A DNA stretch of 64,000 nucleotides from Mobula hypostoma (GCF_963921235.1 NC_086098.1:5332001-5396000), one strand, 5' to 3'. Positions 1-12,821 are shown, counted from the first letter of the stretch. Numbers and translations are program-made. Notes: a model not told the origin generated them from the letters alone.

Positions 1-289
1 GGTCTTTTAACGTTGGTAGCTGACAGCCGGTGATCTTCTCCACTGAGTGGACCTCTCACTGGAACATGGACCTGGAGAGGGAGACCAAACGGTGATAGAG
101 GGGGTCACAACACTTACTTTGCCCAGTAGTTTGTTTATCAGAGGCCCCGCTATTTGTGTGGAGATGGAGGGGGCACAGTGGGGAAGCCTACCAGGTCTTC
201 CCGCACTAAGCCAATTAGTGACGATTCTACTGACATTTCAAAAAGGTGGCACTAAGGCCAATGTTCAGAGAATGGAAAAGAATAACGAT

Positions 290-662
290 GATCATCATTA
301 TGTTCCATGCCATACGACATAAGTGATCATGTTGACCATGATTGCTCTTGGCAAACCTTTCTACAGGAGTGGTTTGCCATTGCCTTCTTCTGGGCAGTGC
401 CTTTACAAGATGGGTGGCTCCAGCCATTATTAGTGCTCTTCAGGGATGGCCTGCCTGGCATCAGTGGTCATATAACCAGAACTTGTGATATGCACCAGCT
501 GCTCGAACAACCATCCATCACCTGCTCTCATGGCTTCACGTGACCCTCATCGGGGGGGCTAAGCAAGTACGGCACCTTGCCCAAGGATGACCTGCAGGTT
601 AGCAGAGGAAAGGAGCACCTTACACCTCCTTTGGTAGAGATGTATCTCCATCCCACTACCAC
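290..662 (-). mobile_element. RTE-related short non-autonomous retroposon (SINE-like)
   Basis: Minus strand carries the RTE/Bov-B-type motif GGCAATGGCAAACCACTCC and ends in a (GAT)n-like tail. Family assignment is from recall. Confidence 0.45.
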
Positions 663-934
663 AGAAGAAGAATGATAAATTGACTAAACTTTAGAACTTA
701 GGAGTGGACACTGACAGAACAGCACTACTGCCTCACATTTCCAGAGACCCTGGTTGGGTCTTCAGATCTGCATGTTCTCCTTCTGACTTTGTGGATTTTT
801 CCAAATGCTCTAATTCTCTCCCAGACACCAAAGATGGGATGGTTGGTAGTTCAACTAGCAATTGCAGATTGTCCCACATCAAAGTGGGAGGCAGGAGAAT
901 TGGTGGGAGGGGGTAGAGGAGATGATGGGAAACA

Positions 935-1075
935 TAAACACAAGAGGTTCTGCAAATGCTGGAAATCCACATAACACACACAGAATGCTGGAGGAACTCA
1001 GCAGGTCAGGCAGCGTCTATGAAGAGAGGAATAAAGGGTTGATGTTTTGGCCTGAGACCCTTCAGCAGGACTGGA
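935..1075 (-). mobile_element. Penelope-like element terminal fragment with degenerate hammerhead motif
   Basis: Same terminus (tgctggaggaactcagcagg...gagacccttcagcaggactg) as the GIY-YIG-bearing copies at 33720 and 37505. Confidence 0.7.
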
Positions 1076-1186
1076 GTCTTGGAATCATCAGACCTGACTT
1101 CTTCCCCCTTCCCTTGCAATTCTGGTGAAGGGTCTTCCCTGCTTTCCCCATTTCGTTGGCATTTATCTGAAGTACACTACAACCCT

Positions 1187-1609
1187 TGTCATGAGCCCGG
1201 TGGGCCTCTGCGGAGAGCCGCAGTGAGTTGGGCTTCTAGGTTTCTAGAGCACCTGTATTTACTAATTGTTGTCTTAATGACAGATGTTAAACCCTTCTGC
1301 TTTCTGTTTAATCTTGTCAAGTTAATTGTGACTGGCTCAGGCTTTCCACTTTCTCTGATTATTGAATGTGAACTGTCATTTAATGCTGAGGTCAGGATCC
1401 TTGTGTATTGAGAATGATTTGTCTCGCGGTGTTGCTCAGTTGCACCTCCAGTGCACCATTGGTATTCCTATGTGTAACCTCTCGTTTCCTTCTCTACTTG
1501 GGAGTCTGCCGTTCCTCTGCCCCTGGGTTCATTCACTGCCTGCATTTACTGTGACAGACTCTGCCATCCTCTGCCCCTGGGTTCAGTCCTGCCAGTGACC
1601 ACCTTGACA
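1187..1609 (+). mobile_element. LTR-like element (TGTCA...TGACA), family shared with 42743-43084
   Basis: TG...CA ends. Internal cacctgtatttactaat...tttaatcttgtcaagttaattg recurs inverted at about 42950-43030. Confidence 0.45.
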
Positions 1610-3189
1610 ACAACCCCAGGATTTCTCAGTCCTGATGGAAGGTTATTAATCTGAAAAATTAAATACATTTCTCTTCACAGATGGTGACTTTGAGTATTCC
1701 AGTAGTTTTGGTTTCTGTCAGATTTCTGGAATCTTTCGTTTTCGTCTACATGAGAGATTATTGCTACTAAATTTTGTCCCACTTCCCACATCACTTTATT
1801 CAGAAATGTGAACCCACTTAACTGTTAGTATCTGTAGTCATAGTGTGTTCGCTCAAGTTGATTATGCTGCCTTCCTAAGGGGTTATTCCCTTCATGGAGG
1901 ACACCTGTGCATGACTTTGTTTAACGTGGGGAGGTTGATGCTCGGGCAGCCACCTCACGGTCCTTGACTGATCGTGGTCAGGGTTCAGTGGAATAGTGTG
2001 AAAGACAGCTGGGGATCCTTCACGGCTGCAGCCTTCCTTTGCCTTCACTGTTGTTGCGATGCATCGTCATCTTCCACCAGCTCCACCGCTGAGGTCTTGG
2101 TGGATCACTTTTTGTCTGGAACCTCTCCCCTGACCGTACCAGGAGCTAAGCCCCAGACGCATCGCTCCTGGTATCTCAGGAACTCATTAGTCTCTCCACC
2201 GTGACAAGATGACGATCTGTTGTAGTTCAATCATTAGCCAGAAACTCATTTCTGATGTAGATTGGGAGCTTTACTCATTTCACTGAGGTTTGGAGCTCTT
2301 AGCAGACACAATTTGGGTAAATGAAAAAAATTCAACTCATTAATATGCAGCATAATTTTAATGCTGATGAGGAATCAATTAGAAATTTGTGTTTTTATTA
2401 ACATTAAAGAGTTTCCAAATATGTTTAAATAGCTACTTAGTGGTTATAATTGCCAATCATTTGCAGAAATCTCATAAGAAAAATTTGTAATGTTGCTTAT
2501 GCTGGCAGGCAGTGAAAATAATAGAAAATTTTCCTCGGAGGAATGTGGGGAAAATGATCTGTTATTCACCCCGTACTTCCTTTATCCATTTCTTTGTAGC
2601 TGCTAACAAAATCAAATGGTTGGAGAATTCTGCATCATTACCACCAGAACTGACATCCTACCACGGCACCGTGGATCAATTACAAAAAGCAAATAATACA
2701 TTGATTTAAAATAGTCACAACATTCCGAACATCTGTTTCACAACAATTTGAGGTCACCTCGATGATTTGTTATGTGGCACAGACTGTTTGAAATCTGCTT
2801 TTATGGAAATGCTGCATTTTAAATGTGAATTAATGTTGATTTAAGTACATTAATCCACCAGGCAATAGGTTATTCTGGGAGAAATGATCATTGTTAATGA
2901 ATATCTAAAGTAATTTACTGAGAGTACAGATGTTGATTATAGCATTGAATAGAATCTGGTTCTATCCTAACAGTCTGTTACAAATCAGCAATCTGCTTCA
3001 TTGGGCAACTGATGCAGATATTAGCACAGCATAATCGTAGAAATAAAATACAGTATACACAAACAGGTGAGTTGTGAGAATTATTGTAAGACAAATTTTA
3101 TTTATCTATATATTTATGTATGTATCTATCATAATGTAAAGATTTTTACTCCTCGTATATGAAAGATGTAAGTAGTAAAGTCAATTCAA

Positions 3190-3333
3190 TCTATCTGTCT
3201 ACCTATCTATCAATCCATTAATCTATTTATCTATCTATCTATCTGTCTGTCTGTCTGTCTATCTATCTGTCTGTCTGTCTATCTATCTATCTGCCTGTCT
3301 GTCTGTCTATCTATCTGTCTGTCTGTCTGTCTA

Positions 3334-3364
<31 letters not shown>

Positions 3365-3409
3365 GCCTGTCTGTCTGTCTATCTATCTGTCTGTCTGTCT
3401 GTCTATCTA

Positions 3410-3440
<31 letters not shown>

Positions 3441-3518
3441 GTCTGTCTGTCTGTCTATCTATCTGTCTGTCTGTCTATCTATCTGTCTGTCTGTCTGTCT
3501 GTTTATCTGTCTATCTAT
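3190..3518. repeat. (TCTA/TCTG)n compound microsatellite
   Basis: Directly visible tetranucleotide array of about 330 bp. Confidence 0.97.
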
Positions 3519-3704
3519 TTATATAGCTAGCAAGCACAGTAACATGTCCTTCTGGCTAGATGCCACAAAATCCAGCCAGAAGAGCGGAGTGCTGCCACGC
3601 AGTCCTGCCCCTCCCTGGAGATCAGAAAGCAGACTCCCTTGCAGAAGGGTTGAGGAAGTGAGGCAATTTATCGATCTGCTTCAGTGTGCAACTTCAGAGC
3701 ATGA

Positions 3705-3950
3705 GGTTTTATTTTATTTGAAGATACATCACAGTAATAGACCCTTCCGGTTCAATGAGTTCTCATTGCCCGATTACACCATGTGACCCATTAACATCCT
3801 GACCTGCGCGTCTTTGGAATATGAGAGGAAATCGGAGCATGTGGTTGGGGAAGAATGTGCAAACACTTTATAGACAGAGGAGAGAATAGGACTTGGATCA
3901 CTAGCACTATATTAGTATTTTTCTAACCACTATGTTACCATGTCACCCAG
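3705..3950 (-). mobile_element. V-SINE-like SINE, diverged
   Basis: Reverse complement of the tgctccgatttcctc...tccaaagac core seen in other copies in this window. Confidence 0.45.
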
Positions 3951-4004
3951 TACAAAATCTTTCCTGCAAAATGATAAGATTCTGACAACAGTAATAATAA
4001 TAAC

Positions 4005-5432
4005 AGGGTTGTCGTGATGGGAGATTTTAATTTCCCCAATTTGCTTGGCATCTCCCAAGAGCAAAGGGTTCAGATGGGGTGGAGTTTGTTAGGTGTGCTC
4101 AGGAAGGTTTCCTGACACAATATGTAGATAAATCTACAAGAGGAGAGGCTGTACTTGATCTGGTATTGGGAAATGAACCTGGTTAGGTGTCAGGTCTCTC
4201 AGTGAGAGAGCATTTTAGAGATAGTGATCACAATTCTATCTCCTTTACCATAGTATTGGAGAAGGATAGGAACAGACAAGTTAAGAAAGCGTTTAATTGG
4301 AGTAAGGGGAAATATAAAGCTAACAGGCAGAAACTTGGAAGCATAAATTGGGAGCAGAGGTTCTCAGGGAATGTACGGCAGCAATGTGACGAATGTTCAG
4401 GGGATATTTGTGTGGTGTTCTGCATAGGTATGCTCCAATGAGACAGGGAAAGGATGGTAGGGTACAGGAACCTTGGTGTACAAAGGCTGTTGTAAATCCA
4501 GTCAAGAAGAAAAGAAAAACTTATGAAAGGTTTAAAAAACTAGGTAATGATAGAGATCTAGAAAATTATAAGAATAGCAGGAAGGAGCTTAAGAATGAAA
4601 TTAGGAGAGACAGAAGGGGCCATGAGAAGGCCTTGGTGAGCAGGATTAAGGAAAACCCCCAAGGCATTCTACAAGTATGTGAAGAGCAAGAGGATAAGAC
4701 ATGAGAGAATAGGACCAATCAAGTGCTTCAGTGGAAAAGTGTGTATGGAACCGGAGGAGATAGCGGAGATACTTAATTAATACTTTGGTTCAGTATTCAC
4801 TACTGAAAAGGACCTTGACAATTGTAGGGATGACTTACAGCAGACTGAAAAGCTTGAGCATATAGATATTAAGAAAGAGGATGTGTTGGAACTTTTGGAA
4901 ATTATCAAGTTGGATAAGTCACTGGGACCGGACGAGATATACCCCAGGCTACTGTGGGAGGTGAGGGAGGAGATTGCTGAGCCTCTGGCAATGATCTTTG
5001 CATCATCAAGGGAGACGGGGGAGGCTCCGGGGGATTGGAGGGTTGAAGGTGTTGTTCCCTTATTCAAGAAAGGGAGTAGAGATAACCCAGAAAATTATAG
5101 ACCAGTGAGTCTTACTTCAGTGGTTGGTAAGCTGATGGAGAAGATCCTGAGAGCCAGGATTTATGAACATTTGGAGAGGTATAATATGATTAGGAATACT
5201 CAGCATGGCTTTGCAAACGTAGGTAGTGCCTTACGAACCTAAGAAAGTAAGGATGCTTGGGATCCAAGGGGACCTTGCTTTGTGGATCCAGATCTTTGTG
5301 GGTCATATTCTACATGGAGGTTGGTGACCAGTGGTGTGCCTCAGGGGTCCCTTCTCTTCGTGATTTTTATAAATGACCTGGATGAAGAAGTGGAGGGATG
5401 GGTTAGTAAATTTGCTGATGACATAAAAGTTC
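4005..5432 (+). mobile_element. CR1 LINE ORF2 fragment (APE endonuclease C-half to RT), decayed
   Basis: Translates to VVMGDFNFPN, SDHNSISF, GPDEIYPRLL, NYRPVSLTSVVGKLME, SGVPQG and KFADD, with frameshifts and an internal deletion near 5240. Confidence 0.93.
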
Positions 5433-6960
5433 AGTATCCGGCCTAATGCAGCCACGCACTTCCTGAAAAGCAATTCAAAACACCGGGTGCACGGACAATG
5501 TTCCCAGAAATCTCTTGCCAGCCTTCCCCTTGCAGGCCCCTATCAGACTCCTCAAAAGAGGGGTGTTGGTCCCCACCAGAATTGAAACGCCGCCCTTCTC
5601 AACAGGGTGCCGGACAAACCAGCACTAATGTATCAAGGACCTCAGACACTCCCACATTGACCTCCGAGAACTCCAACTTCACTGACAAATAACCGTCATG
5701 TGGATAATCACTAGCAGTAAGCCCCCAGATCTCCAGTGCCCTGAATGGGGTTAAGGGTAAATGCTTCAGATACCAGTTGTAAAACGAGCGGTACAACAAC
5801 GTGACCTGTGACCCGGTCTCGAGTATGGCTTTAGCGTAAGTACCCTCTATCAATAGCAACACACTGGAGCGTGGTCCCACTAAGACTTCAGGAATTAGGT
5901 CTTTCACTTTCGGGGGTACCTTGGTACATTGCTGGGACTGTGTTCCTCCAGAGACACCAGGCCGTTCCCTCACTGGGTCTCCGCTAAGTTTTCCCAACGA
6001 CTGTCTCTGCTTAGGTACCCGGGGGCTCACTCTCCTTCTCACGTGACACCTGCTGCCAACAGCCCTCCACGTTGATCGTCCCCTTAAGGGATCTGCCCCC
6101 CACATCAGCTCCATCATATGGGGGGGGTCACACCCATTGATAACAGCCAACATATCTCTGTTCTGAACTCTGCCACAATCTCCTCTACCGCTCCCCGGGG
6201 TAGGCTATCTGTGGTCACTTCACCGCAGGGGACAACTACTGAGGACTGTACCCTGCTGATAGAGGCCTCCTGTGCCTCCACTGCGTTCTCCTCTTCCCAT
6301 AACTCTCTGATTAACTCAACAAAAGATGGAGAGGGGAGCATCTTATGAGACTGTCGAAGAACCCAAGCAATCAGGTCCTGGGACTCGGCGCCCCTGGCTA
6401 TCTGGTCCATTCTATGGGATACTGTAACCTGACAGCTCTCACAACGTCAGCGGCCCGCCCATTCAAACTCTCAACCAATCTCTGTTGTTTTACGTCATCA
6501 GAGCACTGCCACTCATCTAACAACTGAGAGGTCTGCTCCGCCCACGTCTCAAACTCCTCCTCCACTTTAGGGGTGGGCATTACTCCATTACTCCATTACT
6601 CAGAGCCTACCACATCTGGGTCTTTGAACCGAGTTTTCCATTTATTCGCCAGCAAGGTAAGGGCGGACACTAACTCAGAATTCTCACTCTCCCCTGGGGG
6701 ACATGGACTAATTAGACATTCCAAGTCCAACCACTCCTTCCCCTCACTCCTCAGAAATGATAAAACCTTGTCTTTGAAATCTCTGCCCCTAGCTACTACT
6801 ACATCAGCGCTGGTCTGCATTAAAACGAGAGTTGTACCAGTCATTTTATTAAACCTCCGCCCACAATTGCAACTTTAACAGTAATTAACAGGCAAATTAA
6901 CAATTCATCCGGAGTATCAATATCTATCCCACTCAAGGTAATCACACAGCATCCAACGAA
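5433..6960 (-). pseudogene. Ty3/Gypsy gag-protease fragment, PNMA/Ma-type Gag, disrupted
   Basis: ORF pieces EEEFETWAEQTSQLLDEWQCSDDVKQQRLVESLNGRAADVV (PNMA-like capsid) and AKAILETGSQVTLL (protease DTG degenerated to ETG). Frameshifted. Confidence 0.85.
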
Positions 6961-6964
6961 ATCA

Positions 6965-6982
6965 ATCCCGGACGAGCCCCCA
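6965..6982 (-). other. Primer-binding site, tRNA-Pro
   Basis: Minus strand reads TGGGGGCTCGTCCGGGAT, 4 nt downstream of an LTR end (...GTTACA). Confidence 0.92.
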
Positions 6983-6986
6983 CAAT

Positions 6987-7555
6987 TGTAACTCTCGCTT
7001 CGGCTAGCAGCTTAATATAGGAGATGATAACCTCCACCCCCCCAGCTTGGCCAAACATAAGAAATCTCGTTTGGGTGGAGGCTGTGTGATGTGTCCCCTG
7101 TCACAAATCAGGACCATGAGATAACAAATAATACACAATATGCAATTAAACAATTGAGCTTTATAATTTTTAATTTGACTATATGGTTAGTAAAGAAAAC
7201 AAAAAAAGAAAATGGGCCCATTCTCGTGAAACAGTCTATTGCGCAATGTTGGAACTCACTGATAAGGCCTTTCGTCCATCATTGATCTCCGATCATCGCT
7301 GACCTTCAGAACCTCGCTCCAAGTCCACTCTGTCTGAGGTCTACTAATTCTCTCCATTCGCGTCTTCTCTCCTCATCTATCCCGGGCAAAAGACCGCAAA
7401 TTCCAGGCTCCCGGTCATACAAGAAAGAACAACATCCCACTCGTTGTCTAGCATGCCCCGTTATCTCTAGTCATAACCCAAACATTGCTGCTACAGAGAA
7501 ACCATTACCTCAGCAGTGGAACATTACAGAGAAGCCATTCCATTAGCAGTGAAAC
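6987..7555 (-). mobile_element. 5' LTR of the PNMA-type Gypsy element (distal boundary uncertain)
   Basis: Ends in CA next to the PBS. Non-coding up to the abrupt switch to plus-strand integrase sequence. Confidence 0.7.
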
Positions 7556-7557
7556 AG

Positions 7558-8455
7558 TGGAGACATGCGTTGGTGCCTCCATTACTGTGAGAATGGCATA
7601 GGTTGGAATTGAAGAACCAAATCTTATACCGGGTCACGTCACCCCCAGACCGACCTCGGCGTTGCCAGCTGGTTCTGCCTGGAGTATCGGAGAATTGCAT
7701 TGAAGTCACTTCATGATGATTCTGGACAATTGGGGGTGGAAAAGACTTATGGATTGCTCAGAGACCGGTTTTACTGGCCCCCTATGAAATCGGAGGTCCA
7801 AGAATACTGCAAATCATGCATTTGATGCATATGGCAGAAGACACTGCCTATGCGGGCAGCTCCCTTGTCCCACTTGCAGAGTGTGGGGCCCCTGGACCTG
7901 GTATATAGGAATTTCCTGTCAATAGAACCCAATGCCAGCAACACAGTGATTGTCTTTGTCATCACGGACCACCACACCAGATATGCTCAGGCGTTTCCTA
8001 CCAAGGACCAGAGAGTGTCTACAGTGGCAAAAGTGTTATGGGTGAAGTATTTCATCTATTATGGCCTTCCCAGGCAGATACATGGTGGTCAGGGATGGGA
8101 TTTCGAGACCAGACTCATCCATGAGATACTGGGCGTGCTTGGATTCGAGAAATCGAGGACCACACTCTGTCACCTGCAGGGCGATCCCCAGCCAGAGAGG
8201 TTTAATCGGACCTTGCTAGACATGTTCAGGACCCTAGATTTCAGCAAGAAGAGCAAGAGGAGTGATTCACAGTTCACAGTTCACAGTTACATGAAGTGAA
8301 GCTACTGGGTACTGGCCACTTTATTTGATGTTTGGGCGCGAGGTGAGGTTGCCCATTGACCTTTGTTTTGGGACTGACGAGGGTGACTTACCCCTGAAGA
8401 CTTATCTGAAGTACAGTATGTGTCTGATATGAGAAGAGAGCTGAAAAGCAACGGA
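7558..8455 (+). pseudogene. Gypsy integrase fragment (H2C2 zinc-binding region and rve core)
   Basis: SLHDDSGQLGVEKTYGLLRDRFYWP..YCKSC, VITDHHTRYAQAFPTKDQ, PQPERFNRTLLDM. Catalytic residues are degenerate. Confidence 0.9.
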
Positions 8456-8843
8456 GCGACGGAGGATGAGAGGTGACCTGATAGAGGTGTATAAGAGGAT
8501 GAGGGGCATTGATCGTTTGGATAGTCAGAGGCTTTTTCCCAGGGCTGAAATGGTTAACATGAGAGGGCACAGTTTTAAGGTGCTTGGAAGTAGGTACAGA
8601 GGAGATGTCAGGGGTAAGTTTTTTATGCAGAGAGTGGTGAATGCGTGGAATGGGCTGCCAGCCATGGTGGCGGAGGCGGATACAATAGGGTCTTTTAAGA
8701 GACTCCTGGATAGATACATGGTGCTTAGAGAAATCGAGGGCTATGGGTAACCCTAGGTAATTTCTAAAGTAAGTACATGTTTGGCACAGCATTGTGGGCC
8801 GAAGGGCCTGTATTGTGCTGTAGGTTTTCTATGTTTCTATGTT
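8456..8843 (+). mobile_element. CR1 LINE 3' end
   Basis: RGDLIEVYK...FFMQRVVNAWNGLP and a (TTTCTATG)n tail. Confidence 0.92.
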
Positions 8844-9417
8844 TTACTAGAGATTCTGCAGATGCTGGAAATCCAGAGTAACACGCAAAAAATGTTGAAG
8901 GAACAAAGCAGATCAGGCAGCATTTATGGAGAGGAATAAACTGTTGGGGCTGAGACCTTTCATCAGATTCTGACACAGAATTGTTAGGGAAGAGGCTTAA
9001 TAATATCAAGAAGGTGGTATCCGTCACCATCCCCGTCTGCCGGGACATGCCCTCTTCCCTCTTCTCATTCCTACCATCAGGATTGAGGGACAGGAGCCTG
9101 AAGACACACACTCAATGATTCAGGAATAGATTCTTCCCCTCTGCAGGTTTCTGAATGGACAGTGAACACCTCACTATGCTCTTCCTCTCTTTCTGCATTA
9201 ATCATTTATTTTTCTATGTTGTAATTTACTGTACAGTCATTATTTGTTGTACATCTGCCACAAAACAACAAATTTCATTCTCAGTGATAATAAACCTGAT
9301 TTAAGTTCTGAATTTTCATATTTCAGTGGCATTGTGCGTATTGATGGGCTTGCCTTACCATTAACTGAGCAGTCCACAGACCCCAGGTTGGGAGCTTGAC
9401 TTAATCCCTCTGAGCTT

Positions 9418-10570
9418 CTCACTTCATCCCCCTCCCCCACCCACTCACTTCCCCCTCCCCACCCACTCACTTTCCCCCTCACCCACCCACTCACTTTCCC
9501 CCTCACCCACCCACTCACTTTCCCCCTCACCCACCCACTCACTTTCCCCCTCACCCACCCACTCACTTCCCCCTCACCCACCCACTCACTTCCCCCTCCC
9601 CACCCACTCACTTTCCCCCTCACCCACCCACTCACTTCCCCCTCCCCACCCACTCACTTTCCCCCTCACCCACCCACTCACTTCCCCCTCCCCACCCACT
9701 CACTTTCCCCCTCACCCACCCACTCACTCCCCCTCCCTCACCCACTCACTTCCCCCTCCCCACCCACTCACTTCATCCCCTCCCCCACCCACTCACTTCC
9801 CCCTCCCCACCCACTCACTTCATCCCCTCCCCCACCCACTCACTTCATCCCTCCCCACCCACTCACTTCCCCCTCCCCCACCCACTCACTTCATCCCCTC
9901 CCCCACCCACTCACTTCCCCCTCCCCCACCCACTCACTTTCCCCCTCATCCACCCACTCACTTTCCCCCTCCCCACCCACTCACTCATCCCCTCCCCCAC
10001 CCAGTCACTTCCCACCCACTCACTTTCCCCCTCACCCACCCACTCACTTCCCCCCTCCCCACCCACTCACTTCATCCCCTCCCCCACCCACTCACTTCAT
10101 CCCCTCCCCCACCCACTCACTTCATCCCCTCCCCACCCACTCACTTTCCCCCTCACCCACCCACTCACTTCCCCCTCCCCACCCACTCACTTCATCCCCT
10201 CCCCCACCCACTCACTTCCCCCTCATCCACCCACTCACTTTCCCCCTCCCCACCCACTCACTTTCCCCCTCATCCACCCACTCACTTTCCCCTCCCCCAC
10301 CCACTCACTTCCCCCCTCCACCACCCACTCACTTTCCCCTCCCCCACCCACTCACTTCATCCCCTCCCCACCCACTCACTTCCCCCTCAACCACCCACTC
10401 ACTTTCCCCTCCCCCACCCACTCACTTCCCCCCTGCCCACTCACTCACTTTCCCCCTCACCTACCCACTCACTTTCCCCCTCACCCACGCACTTTCCCAC
10501 TCACTTTCCCCCTCACCTACCCACTCACTTCATTCCCTCCCCCACCCACTCACTATCCCCCTCACCTATT
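9418..10570. repeat. C-rich minisatellite, about 22-25 bp unit (CACCCACTCACTTyCCCCTCmCC)
   Basis: Visible tandem array of about 1.15 kb. The opposite strand is rich in G runs. Confidence 0.97.
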
Positions 10571-11062
10571 TCCTGCCAACTTGTACTCCTTCTCCTCGCC
10601 CCAACTCCTTATTCTGGCTCCTTCCCCCCTTCCTTTCCAGTTGTGATGAAGGGTGTCAGGACTCCCCCAAGAGTCGTTGACTCTTTATTCCCCTCCATTG
10701 ATGCTTCCTGACCTGCTGAGTTTCTCCAGCATTTTGTGTGAGTAACTCTGTCTCAATCTGCCTTTTGTAAACAGTAAAACGCAGAGCCCATTAATTTTAA
10801 ACTTATAAGAGGAGGAATATATCCCAGACCTCCCAGCCTCACTTCATCCCCTCTCCCCCACCCATCTACCTTCCCCCTCACCTGGTCTCACCTGTCATCT
10901 GCCAGCTTGTACTCCTTCCTGTCTCCCTATCTTCTTATTCTGGCTTCTTCCCCCTTCCTTTCCCATCCTGATGGAGGGTCTCGGCCAAAAACATTAATGA
11001 TTCATACGATTCCAAAGGCACTGTCTGACCTGCTAAGCTCCTCCAGCATTTTGTGTGTGTGT
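10571..11062 (+). mobile_element. Two tandem Penelope-like 3'-terminal fragments (about 10571-10745 and 10825-11062)
   Basis: Each ends with a tgatg(a/g)agggt hammerhead-like core followed by gacctgct...ctccagcattttgtgtg. Confidence 0.7.
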
Positions 11063-11965
11063 TCATTGTAAGCAATTTCTAGCTTGAGTTTCCCAGAATA
11101 AAAAAAACATTCAAATTAGCTGAGGTAACTTGCTTGAAAACAAAATCCTCATGTAAAAAACTTGAGAATATACTATAAATAAAACTATTTTACTGAGACG
11201 TTCATTGGGCTGCAGATTGATCAGCCAGGTGAGGGTGATTGTACAAAGGGGCTGCTAAAAGCACTATTCGTTGTTTTGACAGCATCTGGAAATCAGAATG
11301 TAAAGAGATGAGAGACGAGAAATAGCTTGAGACTCCATAGCCTGGTGCATCATATATCACAGCCTGTGCTTTCACAGGCCTAGTTTGATGTTCTTGGGGA
11401 ACTGTTTCAGGCAAGTGCATAATTTGGAGAGGGAGTTAGCAACGGCAAAAGAAAAGAATCCAATGGTTCTAGTTCTCTTTTGAAAGCTCTAACTACTGCT
11501 GTGGAGTTGATAGGCAGGTGTAGTGGAGAGAAAGTGGGGAAAATAGAGCTCACACAGGATATCCAGATATGAAAAGCTAAACAACTGAGCACTACAGACT
11601 CTGCAGAAGCTGGCAATCCAGAGCAACACACATTAAATGCTGGAGCAACTCAGGAGGTCTCCAAATACTGTAGTAAATTCCTAAGGATGTATTGTGGAGA
11701 GCATTCTAACTGTTGCATCACCTCTTGTTATGGAGGGGCCACCGTACAGGATCAGAAAAAGCTGCAGAATGTTGTAAACTCAGTCAGCTCCATCTGAGGC
11801 ACCGGCCTCTCCAGCATCAAAAACATCTTCAAAAGCTGATGCCCCAAAAAGCTGAAAAAGGTGGTATCCATCATTAAGGACCCCTATCACACAGGAAATG
11901 CTTTCTTCTCATATGTAGTATATACATATACTTCATATACAATATATCAGTGTGTATATATATAT

Positions 11966-12817
11966 AGTTACGAGAATACACATAAAATTAAGATGTTTGC
12001 TGGCCTGGGCTAGCATCAGTGGCATCAGCAGTTGGTCTGCCACCTGCCCTCAGGGGAAGGAGAGATAAGGAACAATGGAGCAGCGTCTGGAGATGTGTAA
12101 TGAAGGGATGTGGGAGGGAGAGCTGTCTGGAGCAGCTCCCCCCTTTGAACCCTGAACTGTTTGAAGTGATGGACAGGCGATACCCCAGCAGGGGGATAAA
12201 AAGGGACAGGTTCGCTAAGGCAGGACACACGCCACCCGAGGTAACGAGACCCTGGAAGCGGTGCGCCTCTCACGAGTGGGTGAGAAGCATCAGACAACGA
12301 CAAGGGTGGAAAGGTACGATCAGCGGGAACCCGGTGTGTGTCCGCCCTTGCCTGGGTGCCGGGTTCACTGCAGAGGATCGACCACATCTGGAGGAGGGGT
12401 CACAGTCGGTGACCTCAGGTGACATCACCAAGGACCCGCCCAAAAGCTGTTTGTGAGCCATCTCTCTGGTCTGTGAGTGAAGCAGTGTTCTGAATGATCA
12501 GTTGTTCCTATTCTGTCTCTCTTCCCCCACCTTGTCCATCGCCATGGCAACGATTACTGCGAACTGAACTGGACTGAACTTTGAGTCATTTTGAAATTTG
12601 GTCATTTACCCCTAGACAACGATAGAGCTTGATTGACGCTGTTATCTTAATTCTGTGCACATGTGCGTTTATCATCGCTGAACTGTTGCATTTATTATCC
12701 TTTCGATTACTGTGTTGCTCGTTTCTTTAATAAAACTTTCTTAGTTCTAGTACTCCAGACTCCAACTGAGTGATCCATTTCTGCTGGTTTGGCAACCCAG
12801 TTACGGGGTACGTAACA
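11966..12817 (+). repeat. 5' LTR (852 bp)
   Basis: (A)GTTACG...CGTAACA termini (first T changed to A), AATAAA at 12729, near-identical to 15926-16779. Confidence 0.96.
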
Positions 12818-12821
12818 TAAG

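Noticed and set aside
5599..6844. Domesticated PNMA-family gene
   Set aside because: Frameshifted, and adjacent to a PBS, LTR and protease remnant, so it is a decayed retrotransposon.
6965..6982. tRNA-Pro gene (also 12822-12846)
   Set aside because: Only the 3'-terminal complement including CCA is present, next to an LTR. This is a PBS.
9240..9653. 137-aa [14 protein letters not shown] ORF
   Set aside because: Translation of the minisatellite.
9418..10570. CRISPR-like array
   Set aside because: No unique spacers, no cas genes, and a eukaryotic context.
11988..12461. ORFs within the LTRs (also 15948-16423)
   Set aside because: No recognisable domain, and the 2-bp indel between the LTRs changes their frames.
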